Source of the DNA: Octopus sinensis
Lineage: Eukaryota
Assembly: GCF_006345805.1 (NCBI RefSeq)
Contig: NC_043009.1
Coordinates: forward strand, 52,142,001 to 52,206,000
Reading direction: 5' to 3'
Length of the DNA: 64,000 nt
Below the pieces are notes generated by a model. It was not told the origin of the DNA, ran no database searches, and was given only the letters and a program-made list of their open reading frames with translations. The translations under genes and the position numbers were made by a program. Below are positions 25,846 through 39,000 of the stretch, in pieces. Numbering within the stretch: position 1 is the first letter of the stretch; each line of letters begins with the position of its first letter.

Positions 25846-27767
25846 AATATATATACACACACACATATTTGTAAACGTGTCTGCGGGCGCCTTTGTGAAT
25901 AGAAATACGTATGTATGTGTGCTTGTATATACGTATGTATATACAGAGTATAGGTAGATAAACAAAAGCCTGTCTGAAGATATTCAAAATATCAGACTAG
26001 CTTTCATTTTCTTCTTTGTTGTCACTGTTTTCGAGATGCCAAATAAAAAAAAAATGTCTAACATTGAAGATTTGTTGTTTAAATCTTGTATCAATAATCA
26101 ATATTAGAAATAGTGTTTGCAGATATACGTTATTTATTGTGTATATCGAGACACACTAAAATAAGAACTGGAAGCAAGGTATACAACTAAAACATATCGT
26201 AGACGAAGTCTTGTGACGTAGAGATATGATTTAAATATCTTGTACTTTAACTCAGCTAGATGTAAATATTTACTTTTCTGTAAGATTTTTTTTCACTGCG
26301 TCTTCAACAAGACAAGAAATAATAACAGCTACAAAAACTGTTGCAACAATAGGAGAAGAGACAATAATGAAAAAAGAAAACGAACGCGATTCGCAGCATC
26401 AACCACAGGAGTACCCACAACAGTTTCAACCCACCTACCAACAATATCATTGATGTTCCTGAGGACAGAAGTGAAGTAGTGGATTGTATCCAAAAACACA
26501 CATATTAAACAACATATAGGGTAAAAAGAAAACAACATTCCTACCTTAGAGTAAAAAATTTACAAGCATCTGATACAGACGATACCTGGAGACAGCTCGG
26601 AAATATTGAAGGCTCACCTATGTAATTAGAATTGTTTAGCAAGAATTTCAAGCCTAAATTTTTCATGGATTATTTCAAAGATTCCCAGGAAATAACCGAA
26701 AGTCATTAGCAATTTTATCTCACCACCATCTCATAATTAAGCTATATTTATTTTCAAGATCTGGGTTGCCATTTGAAAAAGGAATCCCTTTCATGCGATC
26801 TCAAGCCAGCGGATTTAGACGTAGCAGACTTCGGTCAGACGAAGCTTCTTGAGAGTGATACGTATGATCTCTTTTTGCCGAATTCGAAATCAAGCGTCTT
26901 TTTGCTGGCCTGGATAGAGTGCTATGAATACATCTCATTGAAAAGTCACGAATATAAAAGAATCCAAAATCTTACGTTTCTGATTCGCTTCCAGTGATGT
27001 TCTCTTGTACGTCCTTATTCAGAATGAGTTCAATGCAGTTTCATTATTTATTGTGAAAATTGTCTCTGCTATAGGACAGACGTAGCTATCAGATCAGTTT
27101 CCTTTCCTTGACCTGGAAGTGAAGGTAGTTTTCCTGTAGCTAGTAACTGTGCTGAATGAGTTTAAGTAATGAGCCTGATTCAATCTATAAAGCGTTGTAG
27201 TTTTCTTCTCAGGCATTGCTCACGCAAAAAAGTGTGAGGACACGGAGAGCGGGGTACTGCACTCCGCTAAACTGTGTGCGAAATTGATGATACTGGAGAA
27301 ATTGGTGTAGTTACATGATCTTAATCTACCTCAGCAAACTGTCGGCAGGAACTAGAAGAAGGCCATTGACTATGTTATATCTGAGTAATATAGATTTGTG
27401 TGTGAAGCGCCCTAAATCATATCTTGTGATTGTTCCCTGAAGGATATCAGCAGCATTCAATTACTGTGGTAGGCTGAAACACGACTCCTTTTCTATATGC
27501 GTTTAATTGATCATATTTCAATTAGTCTGTAATATCGGCTCATCCTTTTCTCTGTTTAAAATTATTGTTAATCCTATCTAATTATGTTCGATGCTATCTA
27601 TCAGTTTCTTTGTCTAACCAGGAATTGAATTCACGCTAATTGATTTAATTCTACCCGAACCGAATGAAGGTATCCAATCATGATCGACTGAGAATCAATG
27701 AGTCAGACACGCCATCAGAGGGATTAACAATAGCTAAGTTGATGCTAGTGTAGGGACTACATACCCA

Positions 27768-28215
27768 TATATTTCTTTACTACCCACAAGGGTCTAAACA
27801 CAGAGGCGACAAACAAGGACAGACAAACGGATTTAGTCGATTATATCGACCCCAGTGCGTAACTGGTACTTCATTTATCGACCCCGAAAGGATGAAAGGC
27901 AAAGTCGACTTCGTCGGAATTTGAACTCAGAATGCAGCGGCGGACGAAATATCGCAAATCATTTCGCCCAATGTGCTGACCTTTCTTATTTCTTTAGTAC
28001 CCACAAGGGGCTAAACACAGAGGGGACAAACAAGGACAGACAAACGGATTAAATCGATTATATCGACCCCAATACGTAATTGGTACTTATTTAATCGACC
28101 CCGAAATGATGAAAGGCAAAGTCGACCTCGGCGGAATTTGAACTCAGAACGTAGCGTCAGACGAAATACAGCTAAGCATTTTGCCCGTGCTAACGTTTCT
28201 GCCAGATCGCCGCCT
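27768..28215 (-). mobile_element. Head-to-tail dimer of family-A SINE
   Basis: Two colinear copies joined at ~27980. The copy at lower coordinates lacks the A-box end. Confidence 0.88.
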
Positions 28216-29167
28216 TTTGTAGATATGTGACTGCATACCCATATCTACAAACATACATGGAATTAAAGTACCTTTTATATAGATAAGGTGAACCATTTCT
28301 TTGGCTGATGAGCTCAGAAGGAAACCAAAAATGTCTCTGACATCCTCCATATTTGTCAGGAGAAAATATTGACTGGGTGATTAGTGATTTTCCGAAAAAT
28401 ATTGTTTTCTCTTCATCTAGAACATGACCACGTATTTAATATCGACATATCTTTTTTTTTATTTATCACTACGTATATTTCTTGTTAGTTATACAATGTC
28501 CTATACATTAAATACGTTAATAGATGGCAGCCTAACGCGGAAAAAGCAGATCGAGAATCTATTAAATTGATAAGACTTTCGAGCAGCAAGATCAACCAGA
28601 ACAGAGAAGTGTGAAGTCTCTAGATAATAGTTTCATTGGGATACGACTTCAGGGCGCATGTTGGCTGATAGGTGATTGCGGTAAATTATTTGCACACAGA
28701 CAAATAATACACACTCACGCACACACGCACACACACACACACACGCATGTAGAGGCACACACATATCCATGCGCATATACACATGTGAGTGTGTATTTAT
28801 ATTCGTATGTATGTAAATGGATTATAAAGACACACACAGAGAACGTTGGCTTTTTTTTTGCAAAGGAAAACACACCTGACTGCTATATTTCAGGATTTCA
28901 GGTAATCTTTCCATTCTCTTGCTGGTCGATGTCTTTATCAATACTAGATCGACAACACCAACGCCCGAGGTTGCTTGTTATCACCCCGTCATCTATTACA
29001 AGTGCGTTTCATGTTTCCAAACAACAAATATGTTTATACAATCTAAGACATATTCTATTGTCTTTACACACACACACACAGAGAAAAGACGTTCATACAC
29101 ATACATCAACATACGTATATGTACACATACACACACATACATACACACAGACACACACACACATACT

Positions 29168-29213
<46 letters not shown>

Positions 29214-29224
29214 CGATATATATA

Positions 29225-29259
<35 letters not shown>

Positions 29260-29477
29260 CGTATATACATGCATATATGTATATAAACGTATATTTATAT
29301 ACACACATATATACTTACATATAGATACGTATCTATTTATATGTGTCTGTATGTATGCATATATATGTATATCCACACACATACATATGCATATACATAC
29401 ACACACACACACACACATATATATATGTATGTATATCTACGCACACACACACAGATATTATTGCACTTAATCTGTAC

Positions 29478-30665
29478 GCGACGAGCTGGCAGAATGGTTA
29501 AAGCAACTCAGCGGAAGAAGAGTCTTGCAATGGTCTCTTCCGGCTCCTTACACGTCGAATTCAGATCCCATCGAATGCAAAGTTGCTTTCATTTCTCAGT
29601 GACCGATAAATTATGGTCCCATAAAGTCCCGTCCTCAATTGATTTGAGTAATTCCCCCTACCTCAAAAGCGCTAGGCTCATACCCTTAATACTAATTTTG
29701 ATTTAATACTGTGGCTGTTATCGCTTTCATTAATATTGGTTTCAAATTCTAGCACTAGGCCAGCAGTTTTGGGGAAGGAGTTAAGTCGCTTACATTGACC
29801 TCCAGTACTCAACTTGAACTTATTGTATCAATCCCGAAATGATGAAAGGCAAAGTCGACCCGGCGGCGTTTGAACTAAGAACGTAAAGACGAACGAAATG
29901 CCGCTAAACATTTTTTCCGGTGTATTAACTATTCGATAACTCCATGTAAGAAAGCGTGAGCACTCTGAATTGTTACCACGTTGGAAAAAAAAGGCTTAGT
30001 AAAATTTTTTTTAGACTTTACGTTCTGAGTTCATACGTCACTGGTGTCAATTTTGCATTTCGTCCTCTCAGGGACGATAAAATAAGTATCTCTTGAGTAC
30101 TGGGGTCGATGTCATTGATTTGTCTCCTCCCTGGAAATTCTTGGCCTGGTACCAAAATTTGAAACTAATATGAAAATTAAAGAGAAGTTACCGAGTATCC
30201 CGAAATTCATAGAGCTTAGAACTAAAATTGTCGCAGGCTTTCGCTGAGTTTATTAACGTTTCAATACAATTAAGTAAAGTTTTCCTTTACTGTTCTATAG
30301 TAAATAAAATAAATTCTGCGCAAGTCCTATTTTAGATTTATCAGCTATAGCAGTTCGTCAAAATTTATAGCATGTCTGTCTATGGTAGAACGAACATTAT
30401 TGTCATTATAAAATGAGTACTGTCATCATTGTTATTGTTATACCATCAAGGCAGCAAGCTTCCATACACGCTGAGACGTCGCATAATATTGCCTAGCATT
30501 CGCTCCGACTCTTTACATTCTGAACTGAAATATCACCGAAGTCAAATTTGCGATTCATCCTTTCGGGATCGATGAAGTTAAGCACTAATCAATCACCTCC
30601 GACGATTTCATATACTCACTGCACTCCACTAAATTCTAGGTATTGTGCCTATAATAGAAACAAAA
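29478..30665. mobile_element. Cluster of four old family-A SINEs (+ 29478-29698, - 29731-29935, + 29948-30170, + 30447-30665)
   Basis: Each carries a recognisable (gtcgac)tttgcctttcatcctttcggggtcgat-like core and/or an aaatt..tggcct.gt.cc..aa tail. Confidence 0.65.
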
Positions 30666-30866
30666 TCCAAAGGATTTCTTTCGTTAGCCCTTAAAACAGA
30701 GAACCTATCAAGTACTTGGATAGTGTCCCTACAAATCACTTCCTTTAATAATAAATTGAATTAGGCCTAAATTAGAGGTACTTTGTATTAGCGATAAAGA
30801 TGGCGGATTAACACAATTGCCTAATTTGCTCCATTTCTTTACGTTCTAAGTTCACATATAGTTTGG

Positions 30867-31087
30867 CTTGAGCCATCTCAAAGAAAACTTCAATTCTAAC
30901 TATTTGGCCGCAACCGTGAATCGTGGAATTAATTCTATGATAACTTGGCTAGCTATATCACGGAATTTCTTTGCTCTCTTAATTGTTTGAGACAGCTCAA
31001 AGAAAGTTTCAACCATTACTATTTGTCTGCAGCTGTGTCTCGTAGAATTGACAAGCCATATCACGGAGTTCTCTCGGGTCTTTAATT
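30867..31087. repeat. Diverged ~110-bp tandem duplication
   Basis: ttgag.ca.ctcaaagaaa..ttcaa....actatttg...gca.c.gtg..tcgt.gaatt...atatcacgga.tt occurs twice (from 30867 and from ~30986). Confidence 0.7.
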
Positions 31088-31226
31088 TTTCTACAAGGTA
31101 GAGTTGATGCCAAGTATCACGTGAGTTTTCTGGCTGATCACGTCCACCCTATATCACAAAAAAGTTTTCCTGATGATGGTGCAATAATCCAGGATTATAA
31201 TGTATAGATTTTCAAAGAGCTACTAA

Positions 31227-31594
31227 TACTCTTTTACGCTTTTACTTGTTTTAGTCATTTGACTGCGGACATGCTGGAGCACCGCCTTTAGTCGAGTAAA
31301 TTGACCCCAGGACTTATTCTTTGTAAGCCTAGCTATTAATATTTTTATCGGTCTCTTTTGCCGAACCGGTAGGTTACGAGGACGTAAACACATCAGCATC
31401 GATTGTCTAGTTGGGGGGGGGACAATCACAGACACACAAATATATACACACACATACATATATGTATACATATATATGACGGGCTTCTTTCAGGTTCTGT
31501 CTACCAAATCTACTCACAAGGCTTTGGTGGTGACTGAACCCGGAACCATGTGGCTAGTAAGCAAACTACTTACCACACAACCACTCCTGCGCCT
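31227..31594 (-). mobile_element. SINE family C with internal deletion
   Basis: Head (ccactcctgcgcc on plus) and tail are present. The segment from the ccttgggcaag core to the actatagcc region is missing. Confidence 0.85.
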
Positions 31595-33012
31595 ATAATG
31601 TTATACAAAATTGCAACGAAGGGTATAAAAGTAAAATAGAGTGTTTGGATTGAATCCCTCAATATCGAGACCCCATAAAGTTTTATGGTGCATTTTGAAG
31701 CTGTATGTGATTGGCTTATCTGTCGACTCCAAGTAATCCCGCCTTCATCGCTGAAAGATACGAAGCAAGCTTCTTTTTAAGAATGACTCAAAGTGTAGCA
31801 CACAACACACACACACACACACACACACGTACCACCACCACCACCACCACCACCACCAAAAAGACAAAAGAAAGGAACAAACTTTCAACTCCTGTGTAAG
31901 TAAGTAAAATTCTCGACGTACGAAAACTTTGATTGATTCGAAAGTTGGATCAAATCAGTTTAAACAAATAAAAATCCCATTTAATAACGTGTCTCTATGT
32001 TTTTGTCCAATCGCTGTTTTAATACAAACATATATTTTCACACTTGTATCTGTAGTGTGTGAAGACGTGTATAAATAGACATATGTGTGTGTGTGTGTGT
32101 GTGAATATATATGTATGCTTAAACGTAAATCTATATATCCACCTACACTACACACTCAGACACACACACGTACAGACACACGCACGCGTATACCGTCTAT
32201 TTAAAAAAAAGATTCATCCGTCAGCAACACCTGCGCTTAGTACAAACAGATATACGGAGGACAGTTAGGTAAGAGGAGGTAACCGTGATTTATCTCTAAT
32301 AAACGTAAACTTTTCAAATGGAGAAGTAGAATATATGTAAACAATATGAGAAACAAAAAGAAACGAGTTAAGAAACAAGTAAAAAAAAACAAAACAACAG
32401 TAAAAAACATGAGCAGCACCAATAACAAAACCACGTAAATAAGTGAAAAATTACTAAACTAACAACAAACAAGAGAGAGTGAAAAATTGATTAATTGTAA
32501 ATAGTGTCTGCTGATTGTTCCAATAGATAGTTGAAAATGGTAGGTTCGCAGTGAATATAGGATTATCGCAACTAAGGCCTTTTTGCAGATTTGTTTTATT
32601 TTTTCTTCACAAACAGTAATAATTTTATTTGTTTGTTCCTTTGATGTTTTTATTTTTTGTTGTTATTCCCAGATATTTTCAACACTTGTTTTTGCTGTTT
32701 TAATTATTGTTTTCCTTTCTTCCAGTTGATTTTCACTTTTTCTTCAGTTATTCATACATTTTTCTTAATTTTTTCTATTTCGCTTTTTTTTTCTGCCTCT
32801 ATTCTATATACTGTATTATTTTCTCACTTAATTTTTATTTCAATAACCTCATCGTCCTCACCTGATTTTACATCTTCATAGCCTCTTAATTTGTCTTTCT
32901 CTTTCTCTTCTATATATTTTCTTCTTTCACTTGTATTTGCCACCATAATTGTATTTAGACATACATAAATGTATATAATATGCACACAAAATATATATAA
33001 TTGCATGTGTCA

Positions 33013-33064
<52 letters not shown>

Positions 33065-33484
33065 ATGTATGTCTGTGTGTGTGTGTGTGCATAGGTGGGT
33101 GTATGTCTGTGTGGATAATATACAGATGCTGCATATACATAAATTTATATTTAAACATACATTTAGAGTGTATATGCGTGTATCGACAAAGATGATCGCC
33201 ATAGTCAGCATCATCGTCTACATCAATATTATTAAGCAAAATCTACATCTTCATTATTAACAACAACAACAATAACTACATTCACAGCACAATATTCACC
33301 ATTGTTTTGTATTTCTCATTTTCAAAACATTTCGGTTAATGCTATTATGAATATTTTAATTTTTAAATCTATTTGTTTGATTTCCCGAGCTACGCCTTCA
33401 CGGGAATCACTTTCAATCATATGACCTTCCGCTTCCAGAATAAGTTTTAACATAAGTGGCCAGAAGAACTCATATATATATATA

Positions 33485-33880
33485 ATAACATAAATAATAT
33501 ATAAACATATGCATATATACATACATATATGTACATACCTACATCTATATGTGTATATACATGTATATATATATGGGTACAGGACACCTAAAAACCGTAG
33601 AACAAAATGAGAAACGAAGATATAAAAACAAAAACATGGAAATGAACTTATTTTCAAACAACGAAAAAACAGAGTACAAGATATTCAACACAAAGAATAT
33701 TCCCGTTCTTCAGTTGTCCCTGTTTCGTCTACTCCAAGTTTTTTTGGTGTCCTGTACCCCTATATGCATGTATATATACATATAGATGTAGGTATGTACA
33801 TATATGTATGTATATATGCATATGTTTATATATTGTTTATGTTATTATATAATCGAACGTCACGCATCCATTTCCGAGTA
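33485..33880. mobile_element. Family F repeat with partial inverted duplication
   Basis: 33485-33595 and 33738-33845 are inverted copies. The whole region is homologous to 812-1050. Confidence 0.7.
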
Positions 33881-34336
33881 TATATATATATATATATATG
33901 CATGTATGTATAAATGTGTGTGCGTTCGTGTATGTGTGTGTGTATAGCATGACTGTACAAGAATGTTTTCGACTAAAATTCTCACACATATTTTTGTTCA
34001 ACCACTCACCACCCCTGAATATTAAATAATTCCGCGAATGGGAAAGCATGTTGCGATGTGAATTTCCTAAATACACGGTTGCGTTTGCGCCTATAGGACA
34101 TAAACAGACCGTATTTTGAAATAATACTCTGAGTTTTTGGCACATGGCCAGTAATTTTATCGGTAGACAATGTCTCGAACCCTCGAAGCCCGTTTTTAAC
34201 TTGTACCCTATTTACTCGCCTCCGAAAATATAAAAGACAAAAATTGGCTGCGGCGAAATTTTCTCATTCTTATCTCCATAAGCATAAAGCATAAGTAAGA
34301 ACAACATTGACAGCAACATAAAAACCAATATTTACA

Positions 34337-34782
34337 ATGGCTGTGTGGTAAGAAGCTTGCTTCCCAACTACATGCTTTCGGCCGATTAAAATCTTCTGAG
34401 TGCATTTGGTAGACGGTCACTGAAAGAATCCCGTCGTACATATTTATATGTGTGTGTGCGCGCGCGTGTGTGTGTGTGTGTAGGTGTGGGTTTCTATGTG
34501 TGTGTGTGAATGTGTGTGTGTGAATGTGTGTGTGTGTGTGTGTGTGTATGTGTGTGTTTATGTCTGTGTCTGCCATCACCACTCAGCAACCGGTATTGCT
34601 GTGTTTATGCCACCGTAACTTAGCAGTTCAGGAAAGAGAACCCGACAGATTGAGTACAAAGTTTTAAAAAAGAATATGTCCTAGTGTTGATTTGTCCGAC
34701 TGGAACCCTTCAAGGCGTTGCCCCAACATGGCGGCAGTCAAATTACTAAAACAACTAAAACAACTAAAAGAACAAAAGAATA
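34337..34782 (+). mobile_element. SINE family C, diverged, with internal deletion
   Basis: atggctgtgtggtaagaagcttgcttcccaac...tttggtagacgg...gtaacttagcagttc...ccaacatggcggcagtcaaat. Confidence 0.8.
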
Positions 34783-35512
34783 ATACTTACGAATATGTTT
34801 CATCAACTCCCATCATTACTTTTATAAAGCAATTGTAAACGTTATAGTAACTTCTTCATTACGGCAAGTGTATGAAAATGTTCATCAGAAAAATGTAAAT
34901 AGGATTTCTTTAAAGTTTGATAGAACTTCTATGCATCATCTTGAGTGAGAGGGATATTGCTGCTGTTCTGCTGGTATTGCTCAGTGAAGCAGGTTACAGA
35001 GTGAAGAGTGCTATCGGAGAAATGAGCAAACAATTACCAGCTTCAATACAATGAGATTTAATACGCTGTATAAGGTGATATAGATCACATAATCGATAAA
35101 TTGATCTTATGCAGCAAGGATACGGATGAGTGGAAGAAGAAGTAGATGTATAAGAAAGTAGATGGTATTGGAGGGAGGGAGAGAGGAAGAGGATGTGTTA
35201 TACATTAATAAGCGTTGTTACATAGCAACATTGTCGTTGTGTGATTCGGCTTGGAGGAAATTCTCGGTTCGTCGTAAAGTTGATGAATGGGAGCGTGAGA
35301 CACGAAAATAATCATCTCAGTCTGGTGAAAACTGTTCACAGGCAAATTTTGTGTGTAAGCATACATACATACATACATACATACATACATACATACATAC
35401 ATGACTGGATCGATGGGTGGATGGCTTGATGGATTTATATATGTATATATGTATGGCTGGACGGATGGATCGATTGATGGATTTACGAGAGGTACACAAA
35501 CGTAAGCCTATT

Positions 35513-35663
35513 GTATTATTTACATTATTTACATTTTGACGGATATTGCTCCTCATCTTATTTGTTGTTAACACAACGTTTCGGCTGATATACCCTCCAG
35601 TCTTCATCATGTGTCTTGGGGAAATTTCAAACCTGGATACTCATTCCTAAGGTATTTTTCGAT
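35513..35663 (-). mobile_element. Penelope-type terminal repeat carrying a hammerhead motif
   Basis: Reverse complement homologous to 36655-36835. Confidence 0.7.
35570..35615 (-). ncRNA. Minimal type-I hammerhead ribozyme motif (mutated copy)
   Basis: gacac-ATGATGA-a-gactg-gagggtatat-cagcc-GAAAC-GTT-gtgtt, with C3 changed to A and one mismatch in stem II. Confidence 0.6.
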
Positions 35664-35671
35664 GTAATTGT

Positions 35672-35711
<40 letters not shown>

Positions 35712-35733
35712 GCTACTACTACTACTACTACTA

Positions 35734-35803
<70 letters not shown>

Positions 35804-35860
35804 ATTACTACTTCTACTACTATTATTAGTATTATTAATAGTATTATTATTATTATTCAT
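35672..35860. repeat. Compound (ACT)n(GCT)n(ATT)n triplet microsatellite
   Basis: Directly visible. Confidence 0.95.
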
Positions 35861-35939
35861 CCTACAGGGGGAGGTAGTCTCCACTCCGAGTTCGATTCCA
35901 AGCATTGACATGAGTAATAATAATGATAATAATAATATA

Positions 35940-35998
<59 letters not shown>

Positions 35999-36005
35999 TA
36001 ATAAT

Positions 36006-36560
36006 ACCTGATGCAGTACCAGGCAGTGGCTCTCATGGCTTCTGATCTAACTGATTGGAAGTGTTATCATGTACATTGTTTTGTCTTGGTATAAAAGATG
36101 GGCTACAGCAAATATTCTGCTCAATACCACAGATTTGCTTGTCAGTTGTTAACCTTAACCAGTTGAGCATGTCCCTTAGTGGCTGACGATATGTGCATCT
36201 CTGATCACGAGCAGAAGTAGTGGGGGAGCATCATAGCCATGTGTTGAGAGGGATTCTTTGGGGTTTGAATAATTCACCTCTGGAAACATGGGTGGTTCTT
36301 TCAACATCCTTAAACAACCCTTATTCAGGGACCTTTTGAGCGGGATGGGCTACTCAACCTGAAGAAAATTCTAACTGGGCCCCACCTGCAAGGTCATGTG
36401 CTGTTTATCTTGATATGAGATCACCATGTCGCGCACATATGGTTGTGATGCATGTGCCTGGTGTACCCTTATCAGACGGGTAGTCATGATGCGTATATTG
36501 GGCTTCGTATATTTTACCCCAGTGTCACTTTGATGGCATGCACTGCTCTCTCACTCAATG
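36006..36560 (+). mobile_element. ~550-bp non-coding interspersed element (family E) embedded in (TAA)n
   Basis: Flanked on both sides by (TAA)n in the same orientation. An internal segment recurs at 3185-3235. No convincing ORF. Confidence 0.6.
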
Positions 36561-36594
36561 ATAATAATAATAATAATAATATAATAATAATAAT

Positions 36595-36654
<60 letters not shown>

Positions 36655-36655
<1 letters not shown>

Positions 36656-36835
36656 TCGAAAAATACCTCATATGAGAACCCAGACTCGAAATTTCCCCAA
36701 AACACTTGATGAGGGCTGGATGATATATCAGCCGAAACGTTGTGTTAAAAACAAACAAGATGAGGACAAATGTCTGTCAATTGCAAATCATGTAAATAAT
36801 GTACATAATTCCTCATCTCTTAAATATAGAATTGT
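36655..36835 (+). mobile_element. Penelope-type terminal repeat carrying a hammerhead motif
   Basis: Homologous to the inverted copy at 35513-35663 and abuts (TAA)n. Confidence 0.7.
36701..36746 (+). ncRNA. Minimal type-I hammerhead ribozyme motif
   Basis: aacac-TTGATGA-g-ggctg-gatgatatat-cagcc-GAAAC-GTT-gtgtt. Perfect 5-bp stems I and II, palindromic ACGT stem III, and a single core change (C3 to U). Confidence 0.7.
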
Positions 36836-36939
36836 AAAACCTATTGTAATTTAGACTTCTAACCCTAGAAGCATTAGGCATCAGTCTGCCGACCAGTATC
36901 CTGGTATATGTTGTCGTACGGCCACGTGGTACATATTTG

Positions 36940-37530
36940 TTTTGCAGTGCTTCACCCCTATTCGTTGATTTTTGCGATAGCTGAAACGCAGGAGCACCGT
37001 GCTTCCGTGAAATTCTGTTTTCTGCAGGTGAAAACAGGAGCCGAAACAGTTGTCAAGCTTTAGATTGTTTGCAAGCACACATCAGGAATGTTCACTTGGC
37101 GATTGAAGACCGATCACGTTTAGGGCGCCCATCGACGGAATATTCATGAACTGATCTTAGAGGACCACATTGTTGATATGTTCTTGGCCTCTACCAAGAA
37201 ATATTGAGTGAAGAATTTGCGAGTGAAAAGAGTTGCAGCAAAATTTGTGCCAGACTTGCTCACAGAAGTGTGAGACAGTTTTGACCAAAAATAGCATGAC
37301 CCCGCTTACTCACCTGCCCTATTCACCCGAACTTGCGCCTTGCCACTTCATTTTATTCCCTCGGATGAAAAAAGTCCTTAAAGGAAAAGGTTTTGCAGAT
37401 GTGGAAGAAGTGAATAGAAAAAAGTCAAAGTGTAAAACGGCATCAATTCACATGAATGTGGAGAACGCGTCTGGACCGATGGATTTGCTTCGAATGGAGA
37501 ATATTTTGAAGGCGATACAAGTGTAAACAT
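36940..37530 (+). mobile_element. Internally deleted mariner transposon remnant
   Basis: EHRASVKFCF at the N-terminus, RVAAKFVP(D)LL, and HLPYSPELAPCHFILFPRMKKVLKGKGFADVEEV (YSPDLAP motif). Confidence 0.8.
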
Positions 37531-38008
37531 ATAAAAATAAGTGAATAACTTGTCATGAGGCCTGTTTTTTATAGATGGTAGGTTTCTCATAATTCGTTAT
37601 GTAAAATTTGTTTTCGTAAAGGTATTAAAATATTTTAAGTATCTTTCCATAGAAAGTCAATGTTTCTTTATTCATTTATGAATTTCTACGTGCTACAATG
37701 TAGTTGATTCTATATTCAGTGCATAATGTATTAAATGATTAACCATGACATTCTGGAATAAGAAACATATCATTCTTTCAACGTCTTCAGATGTGTAGCA
37801 CGGTAGATTATATTTCTGTTAGCGAAAAGAAGATTTAAATGTCATTACCTCAGATATAAATAGTCCATGCGCAAACTGAACAGAAAACTTCAGTCTATTC
37901 TACATATCTTCGTCACTTCAAAGTCAATTTGTTGGCAATTTCGATATCACAATCCCATCGTCAAATGCAGCAGATTCTACATATAAGATGCGGAAAAATA
38001 TTTCATGT

Positions 38009-38163
38009 ATGGCTATGTGGTACGAAGTTTGCTTCTCAACCAGATGTTTCCGGGTTCAGTCCCTCTGTGTGGCACTGTGGGCAAGGATATTCTACGATAG
38101 ACCCGGGCCAGGTAAAGCCTTATGAGTGGATTTGGTAGATGGAAACAGAATGAAGCCCATTGT
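38009..38163 (+). mobile_element. SINE family C, 5' half
   Basis: atggctatgtggtacgaag...ccgggttcagtccc...gagtggatttggtagatggaaac. Confidence 0.8.
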
Positions 38164-38946
38164 ACACACACTCGAAGTGATTTCCATACATCATTAAAGT
38201 CACTTTTCTGTTTCTCTAAAGCATTTTTCATTCACAAAGACATATTTGAAACAGATAATTATGTAAGTGACGAACGTTAATATAGATGCGCTAACAGCTC
38301 AAAACGTACGATGACAGCTACAGCATAATTATATAATTTGCATATCATAGAATTTATATCTACACGCACAGATATGTGTCTGTATGGTCGTGTGTATGTT
38401 TGTATGTGTGTGTGTATTATTGCGTGAAATTGCATGCGTGAACATATGTATACAAGAGAACGCTGCTTGTTGAATGAAAACATTACAACGATAAATCCTC
38501 ATCATCCACTACGCAGCTGATGGCGAATGAGCTTATCACTTCATGGCCAAACAAAATTTATTGGTGTATATCTATTGAAAATACGTAAGCGAATCAATAA
38601 ATGTATTTGCCTACAAATGGAAACAGCGATAGAATATCCTAGTAAAATGACACCTTAGCGCCTATACGGTATGGCCTTATTTATACGTGCATATGTCTAA
38701 ACACACGCACACACACGCAAATATATACATTTATACATATATGCGTAAACACACGCCCATAGAGAAAAGGAAGGCATACATAAAAAATCACGCTTGCAGA
38801 TAGACACATATGCGAAATATCTACGTGTATATATATATATATATATATAATATATATACATCTCAGCTAATGCGCACATATGTACAACTATAATGCACAT
38901 GCACATGAATGACGATTTTATGTGCATAAGTACATGTATATGACAT

Positions 38947-39000
<54 letters not shown>

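Noticed and set aside
26797-26860. Kinase-like string DLKPADLDVADFGQTKLL
   Set aside because: It lacks HR before D and the catalytic-loop N, the distance to DFG is far too short, and no other kinase subdomains flank it. Probably chance.
28307-28350. TGATGA...CTGA (C/D boxes) and CTGATGA...GAAAC
   Set aside because: Too short for a snoRNA and lacks a terminal stem. As a hammerhead, stem II closure and the UH site are missing.
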